This document shows positions 58,870 through 64,000 of a DNA stretch of 64,000 nucleotides, piece after piece. Numbering within the stretch: position 1 is the first letter of the stretch; each line of letters opens with the position of its first letter. The stretch is from assembly GCA_024281375.1 (NCBI GenBank), contig JAJSAD010000003.1:5514-69513 (forward strand), written 5' to 3'. Source of the stretch: Alphaproteobacteria bacterium. GTDB taxonomy: Bacteria; Pseudomonadota; Alphaproteobacteria; Caedimonadales; UBA9215. The translations under genes and the position numbers were made by a program. The notes under the pieces were generated by a model. The model was not told the origin of the DNA and searched no databases. It saw only the letters and a program-made list of their open reading frames with translations.

Positions 58870-59514
58870 ATGACTTTTAAAACAATGATTGCTACCTCTG
58901 CTGTAGCCCTTGCCCTTGCAACATCTGCAATGGCTGACTCAAACTTCACTGGCGCTTATGTTGGTGGTAACTTTGGTTATGGTGCTGGTAAATCAAAATT
59001 TGACAATAATGAAGGTGCTGCGAATACAACTCAAAAAACTGACTTTGGCCTATCTGGTGCTGTTGGTGGACTTCATGGGGGTTATCAACATCAATTTGGG
59101 ATGCTTGTTGCCGGTATCGAAGGTGCTTTTAATCTTAGCAACACAGACGCTACAACAACAGTTGGTAATGTTAAAACCTCAATCAAGCGTAAGCATGCTT
59201 ATGGTCTTGCTGCGCGCTTTGGTGCCGTGATCAACAATTGGATGGCTTATACAAAGCTTGGTTGGGAACGCGCTCGTTTCGATTTTAAAATTTCCGGATC
59301 AGCAGATTCTAATGACGATTTTTCTAAAAAGAAAAATCTAAATGCTTTTGTTGCTGGGCTTGGTTTTGAAACCCTTGTAGCTGAGCATGTTATGCTTGGT
59401 GCTGAGTGGACAACCTCTTTCTACAAGAAAACATCTATAAGCTCTGAGAGCAATCCAGATACATACAAAACACATATCTCAGACTTCAAAGTGCGTCTTG
59501 GATACAAGTTCTAA
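58870..59514 (+). CDS. Outer-membrane beta-barrel protein (Omp25/porin family)
   Basis: Signal 'AVALALATSAMA', the pattern 'FTGAYVGGNFGYG' and terminal 'RLGYKF'. Confidence 0.8.
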   Translation: MTFKTMIATSAVALALATSAMADSNFTGAYVGGNFGYGAGKSKFDNNEGAANTTQKTDFGLSGAVGGLHGGYQHQFGMLVAGIEGAFNLSNTDATTTVGNVKTSIKRKHAYGLAARFGAVINNWMAYTKLGWERARFDFKISGSADSNDDFSKKKNLNAFVAGLGFETLVAEHVMLGAEWTTSFYKKTSISSESNPDTYKTHISDFKVRLGYKF

Positions 59515-59535
59515 TTTTGATTCCTTGAATACGAC

Positions 59536-59567
59536 AAAAACCGCGGCTCATCCCCGCGGTTTTTTTT
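59536..59567. terminator. Bidirectional rho-independent terminator
   Basis: aaaaaccgcgg (59536-59546) is an exact complement of ccgcggttttt, with a 7-nt loop. Eight T follow on the plus strand and five A precede. It lies between the convergent omp and lepA genes. Confidence 0.85.
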
Positions 59568-59587
59568 ATGTGTAATATAGCCTTATA

Positions 59588-61399
59588 TTAATCATCGCCT
59601 GTCTTAAGGGCGGCAAGGAACGCGCTTTGAGGAATCTCGACGTTCCCAAACTGACGCATTCTCTTTTTACCCTTCTTTTGCTTTTCTAAAAGCTTTTTCT
59701 TACGGCTAATGTCTCCTCCATAACATTTGGAGGTCACGTCTTTTCGCATGGCAGAAATGGTCTCACGGGCAATGAATTTACCGCCGATGGCTGCTTGAAT
59801 GGGAATTTTAAACAACTGTCTTGGGATAAGACCCTTTAACCGTGCACACATTTGGCGTCCTCTGGCTTCCGATTGAGAGCGATGAGAAATATAAGACAAC
59901 GCATCAACGGGCTCGGAATTCACGAGGATAGAAACCCGCACTAAATCCCCTGGGCGATAATCGGTCACTTCATAATCAAAGCTCGCATAGCCTTTTGAGA
60001 TGGATTTTAAACGATCATAAAAATCAAAGACAATTTCGCTTAACGGAATATTATATACAACCATGGCCCGAGACCCAACATAGGTTAAATCTACTTGCTC
60101 CCCGCGGCGCTCTGTACACAATCCCAACACCCCCCCAAGGTAATCATCGGGGACCAAGATTGTTGCTTTAATCCAAGGCTCTTGGATTTCTTTGATCTTT
60201 ACGACATCGGGAAAATCTGCCGGATTATGCAGTTCGATCTCATCACCATTGGTGAGGTTGATCTTATAAATAACACTAGGCGCTGTTGTGATGAGATCAA
60301 GATTATATTCGCGTTCTAAGCGTTCTTGGATAATTTCAAGATGCAATAGCCCTAAGAATCCACATCGGAAACCAAGCCCAAGAGCTGCAGATGTTTCCGC
60401 TTCAAAAGAAAAACTCGCGTCGTTTAAACGCAGCTTAGCCAAGCTATCACGCAAGTCATCAAAATCAGCAGCATCCGTTGGAAAAAGGCCACAAAACACA
60501 ACAGGAATGCTGGGCTTAAATCCGTCAAGAGCTACGGCGGCTTTCCGTTTTTCTTCCGTAATGGTATCCCCCACATTACAGTCTGCAACATGTTTGATAC
60601 CCGCCGTGATAAAACCAACTTCACCGGGGCCAAGGGTCTCAACATTAACGCGCTCTGGCGTAAAATAGCCAACTTGCTCAATCTGGTACTTCGCTCCAGA
60701 AGCCATCATTTCAACTTGCTGACCTCTCTTTAAGTAACCATCAAAAACCCGCACGAGAATCATAACACCCAAATAAGGATCATACCAACTATCCACCAAC
60801 AAAGCCTTTAAAGGCGCATCGGGGTTCCCTTTAGGGGCTGGGAGATCGCTCACGATACGCTCTAGGATTTCTTCCACACCTACACCTGTCTTTGCAGAAG
60901 CGAGAACAGCTTCACTAGCATCAATACCAATCACGTCTTCAATTTGTGCTTTAATGCGTTCGGGCTCTGCGGCGGGCAAATCAATCTTATTGAGAACCGG
61001 AATAAGCTCGTGATTGTTTTCAATGGCTTTATAAACGTTCGCAAGGGTTTGAGCTTCAACCCCTTGGCTGGCATCCACCACCAACAATGATCCTTCACAA
61101 GCCGCTAGGGAGCGACTCACTTCATAAGCAAAGTCCACATGTCCCGGTGTATCCATGAGGTTAAGTTGATATTCCTCACCATTTTTGGCCTTATAGTTCA
61201 AGCGCACAGTCTGAGATTTAATGGTGATCCCCCGCTCGCGCTCGATATCCATAGAATCCAGCAATTGGTTTTTCATATCGCGCTCTTTCACAGCCCCGCA
61301 GTATTGAATGAGACGGTCAGCAAAGGTCGATTTACCGTGATCAATATGAGCCACAATAGAAAAATTATGGATATGGTCTAAAGATTTTGAGTCGCTCAT
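59588..61399 (-). CDS. lepA: Elongation factor 4
   Basis: '[16 protein letters not shown]'-type G1 motif ('[19 protein letters not shown]'), 'DTPGHVDF' and 'NKIDL'. Confidence 0.97.
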   Translation of the reverse strand: MSDSKSLDHIHNFSIVAHIDHGKSTFADRLIQYCGAVKERDMKNQLLDSMDIERERGITIKSQTVRLNYKAKNGEEYQLNLMDTPGHVDFAYEVSRSLAACEGSLLVVDASQGVEAQTLANVYKAIENNHELIPVLNKIDLPAAEPERIKAQIEDVIGIDASEAVLASAKTGVGVEEILERIVSDLPAPKGNPDAPLKALLVDSWYDPYLGVMILVRVFDGYLKRGQQVEMMASGAKYQIEQVGYFTPERVNVETLGPGEVGFITAGIKHVADCNVGDTITEEKRKAAVALDGFKPSIPVVFCGLFPTDAADFDDLRDSLAKLRLNDASFSFEAETSAALGLGFRCGFLGLLHLEIIQERLEREYNLDLITTAPSVIYKINLTNGDEIELHNPADFPDVVKIKEIQEPWIKATILVPDDYLGGVLGLCTERRGEQVDLTYVGSRAMVVYNIPLSEIVFDFYDRLKSISKGYASFDYEVTDYRPGDLVRVSILVNSEPVDALSYISHRSQSEARGRQMCARLKGLIPRQLFKIPIQAAIGGKFIARETISAMRKDVTSKCYGGDISRKKKLLEKQKKGKKRMRQFGNVEIPQSAFLAALKTGDD

Positions 61400-63810
61400 G
61401 TGCGCAACTCTCCACCCGCTTCACTGCCAACGGCAATGATAATTTTGTCCATCAGTTTATTAATCTCATCATCGGTTAAAGTATTTTCAAAGGGTTCGAA
61501 GGTAACCGTTAATGCTATAGATTTTTTTCCTTCCGGAATGCCCTTCCCGTCATAAATATCAAAAATATGAGCATCCGTAATCAACGCTTTATCCACCTTC
61601 ATGGCGGCTCGAATCATTTTATCCACTGGTGTTCCTTTTTCTAGAAGAAAGGCAAAATCCCGATGAATAGGCTGTAAAGATGATACTTTTAAAAGCTTTT
61701 TCTTGTTGGTCTTTTTTGTTTTCGGTAAACGATCCAAATACATCTCAAACCCAACAACGATGGCATCCACTTCAATGTCTTGTAAGATTTTAGGATGAAG
61801 TTCTCCAAAAACACCTAAGATATTTTTAGGACCCTGATAAATCGTGGCGGAACGACCCGGATGAAAAAACGACGGGGCTTTTGCTTTGATTTGAATAGTG
61901 TCCGTCTTCACACCGCAAGCTTCTAACGCAACGAGCAAGTCAGCTTTGACATCATACATATCTACAGGACGTTCTTTATTCAGCCAATGGCGCGGCGCAT
62001 GAGAATCACTGCGCACCCCTGCGATTCGCATTTCTTGGTTTTGGGGGAAGGTTGAATGATAGGCGGCTCCCACCTCAAATAAGGCACTATTCTCAAGGCC
62101 ACGATCTTTATTACGACCGGCCCCTGCTACAAGATTTGCCAATAAAGAAGGTCGCATCATCTCAAATTCTCGACTCAGGGGATTTGTGAGTGTCAAAGAT
62201 TTCTCCCCCCCGCCAAAGAGCGTCGCTCTCTTTTCATCCAAGAAAGACCACGTATTACATTCACACAGACCTCGCGAGGCAAGGGCTCGTCTGACAATAT
62301 GGCGACGGTCTTGATTTTGCAAAGAACCGGGAGTGCTTTCATAAAATTCATCCAGGGTGGGGTGGGGTAAACCTTCTTCTTCAATATGATCATACCCAAC
62401 CACACGACACACTTCCTCAACCAATGATTCAGGACAATCTATATCAAAACGCCACGGGGGCACTGAAACCATGAAACCAGCACTATCTTCATTCACGCCA
62501 AATCCAAGAGCCGTTAAAATGGCTTCTATCTTTCCACGAGACACCGTCATCCCCCCTCGGGTTTTGATCGTCTTTGGATCAAAATGAAGGCTCTGGGAAA
62601 AATCAGGAACATCACCCGCAACAACAGGTTCACTTGCGCTTCCCCCACAAAGGTCAAGGATCATTTGCGTCGCAATATCAAGACAGTCTTGAATGATTGT
62701 GGGGTCAACTCCTCGCTCGAAACGAAAACGAGAATCACTATGAATACCTAAACGACGGCCCGTTAGAGCTGTCACGATGGGATCAAAAAAAGCAGATTCC
62801 AAAAACACATCTGTTGTCTTTGCATCACAGCCGGTGGTCTCCCCCCCCATAATACCCGCCAGAGAAATAGGACCACTTTCATCGGCAATCACTGTCATTT
62901 GATCCGTCAAATTATATTCTTTTTCATCCAGGGCCAACATTTTTTCACCCAGTTTTGCTGAGCGTAAGGTCAGGGTCTCGCCAGACAATTTTGAAAGGTC
63001 AAAAACATGCATAGGGCGACAATGGGTAAAAGTCATGTAGTTCGTAATATCTACGAGAGCTGAGATCGGACGCACCCCAACGGCCAGTAATTTACGTTGC
63101 AACCACTCAGGACTGGGACCATTTTTAACACCGCTGATCACGCGTCCTGTAAATAACGGACAGGCGTGCTTTGTATCCTCAGTAAACTCTAAGTCGACTT
63201 TAACAGGGCACTGACCTGTTTGAATGAAATCAGAGGCATTAAAAGTCTTTAACTGACCAATACCCGTTGCCGCAAGATCTCTTGCAATCCCTCGAATGCC
63301 AAGGCAATCTCCTCGGTTTGGCGTAATTTCAAGGTCAAAAACCGGATCATTTAAACCAGCATAAAGGGCATAAGGCTCCCCGATAGGGGCCTCAGCATCC
63401 AAGTCCATAATCCCCTCAGACGTATCTTCCAAACTCAATTCTTGGGCTGAACACATCATGCCATTGCTTTCCACACCCCGAATTTTCGTGGGTTTCAGTT
63501 TCATCCCATTGCTTGGAATAGTCGTACCAGATTTCGCCAGCACCACCTTCATATCAGTCCTTGCATTAGAGGCCCCACAGACAATTTGCAAGGTCTCAGA
63601 CCCTGTTCACACCTGACACACTTTTAGCTTATCAGCATTAGGATGTTGTTCCGCACTAACCACATGGGCAATAACAAAGTCCTTAAGGTTTTCTGCAGGA
63701 TTCTCGACGGTATCCACTTCTAAGCCGAGGCTTGTGAGTTTTGTTGAAATTTCTTCAACGGAGGCTGTTGTCTCGAGGTGCTCTTTGAGCCAAGAAAAAG
63801 TAAATTTCAT
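61396..63810 (-). CDS. pheT: Phenylalanyl-tRNA synthetase beta subunit, interrupted by an in-frame TGA at 63607-63609
   Basis: ORF 63607..63810 '[12 protein letters not shown]...[12 protein letters not shown]' and ORF 61396..63591 '(L)[10 protein letters not shown]...' are in the same frame. My translation across the join is '[19 protein letters not shown]'. Confidence 0.93.
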
Positions 63811-64000
63811 TATTTTGCACCTCCCATTAAGGCTTCAAAGGCTGAAAAGCCATAATGGCGAAGCCAACGGTTATCCGTATCATAAAAAGATCGTAAATCT
63901 GGAATACCATATTTCAACATTGCCATACGCTCAATGCCAAGGCCAAAAGCAAATCCTTGATATTCACTGGAATCAATACCACAATTTTCCAAGACTTTCG
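63810..64000 (-). CDS. pheS: Phenylalanyl-tRNA synthetase alpha subunit, C-terminal part only (runs off the window)
   Basis: '[29 protein letters not shown]'. The stop overlaps the pheT ATG. Confidence 0.93.
   Translation of the reverse strand, partial: KVLENCGIDSSEYQGFAFGLGIERMAMLKYGIPDLRSFYDTDNRWLRHYGFSAFEALMGGAK

Noticed and set aside
63607-63609. TGA read as Trp (genetic code 4), or TAA reassignment, as an explanation for the in-frame stops in pheT, dnaJ and the helicase.
   Set aside because: TGA terminates gatA (14727-14729) and the GT2 gene (10093-10095) at positions fixed by overlapping ATGA junctions. TAA terminates dnaK (2099-2101) and many other genes. The standard code 11 fits the rest of the window.

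Overview
This 64-kb window is gene-dense. By gene content it looks like an alphaproteobacterium, possibly with an intracellular or symbiotic lifestyle; that is inference, as I ran no database search.

**Housekeeping content**
- The core genes are dnaK-dnaJ, an SPFH/NfeD pair, fdxA, fabH, gatCAB, ubiE, rocD plus an arginase, sdhCDAB and msrBA.
- Also present are an RluB-family synthase, rsmI with a divergent lpoA-like gene, rpe, sucCD-mdh, lepA and pheST.
- There are two tRNAs: tRNA-Glu(UUC) and tRNA-Gly(GCC).

**Accessory content**
- A Caulobacter-order cpaA-cpaB-cpaC-cpaD-cpaE-cpaF-tadB-tadC pilus locus has no pilin gene. A divergent TPR+SPOR gene and a PagL-like gene sit next to it.
- An envelope-glycan cluster holds a DedA/TVP38-like protein, a GT2, wecB and a large polytopic membrane protein.
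- A block of secreted or hypothetical genes beside tRNA-Gly contains a broken PIF1-family helicase with a WYL-like tail.
- Several enzymes of normally cytosolic families carry signal-peptide-like N-termini: a choline-kinase-like kinase, a NadD-like nucleotidyltransferase, a BirA-like ligase and LicD.

**Most unusual structure**
- A 1.37-kb gene-free gap lies between dnaK and the SPFH gene (about 4100-5470).
- It is built from four modules of the form polypyrimidine arm, AT-rich core, polypurine arm.
- The cores carry a recurring TTGAC(A/T)AATAG motif.
- One polypurine arm contains an 18-bp tandem repeat.
- Transcription outward from any core, in either direction, would give GGA/AAGGAG-dense RNA.

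**Other points**
- Two families of short dispersed intergenic repeats are present.
- Five gene-disabling lesions were found: in-frame TAA in dnaJ, in-frame TGA in pheT, TAA plus a frameshift in the helicase, and a frameshift in wecB.
- I saw no rRNA, CRISPR array, transposase or integrase.
- All calls rest on reading the supplied translations and sequence by eye. Family names come from remembered motifs, not searches.
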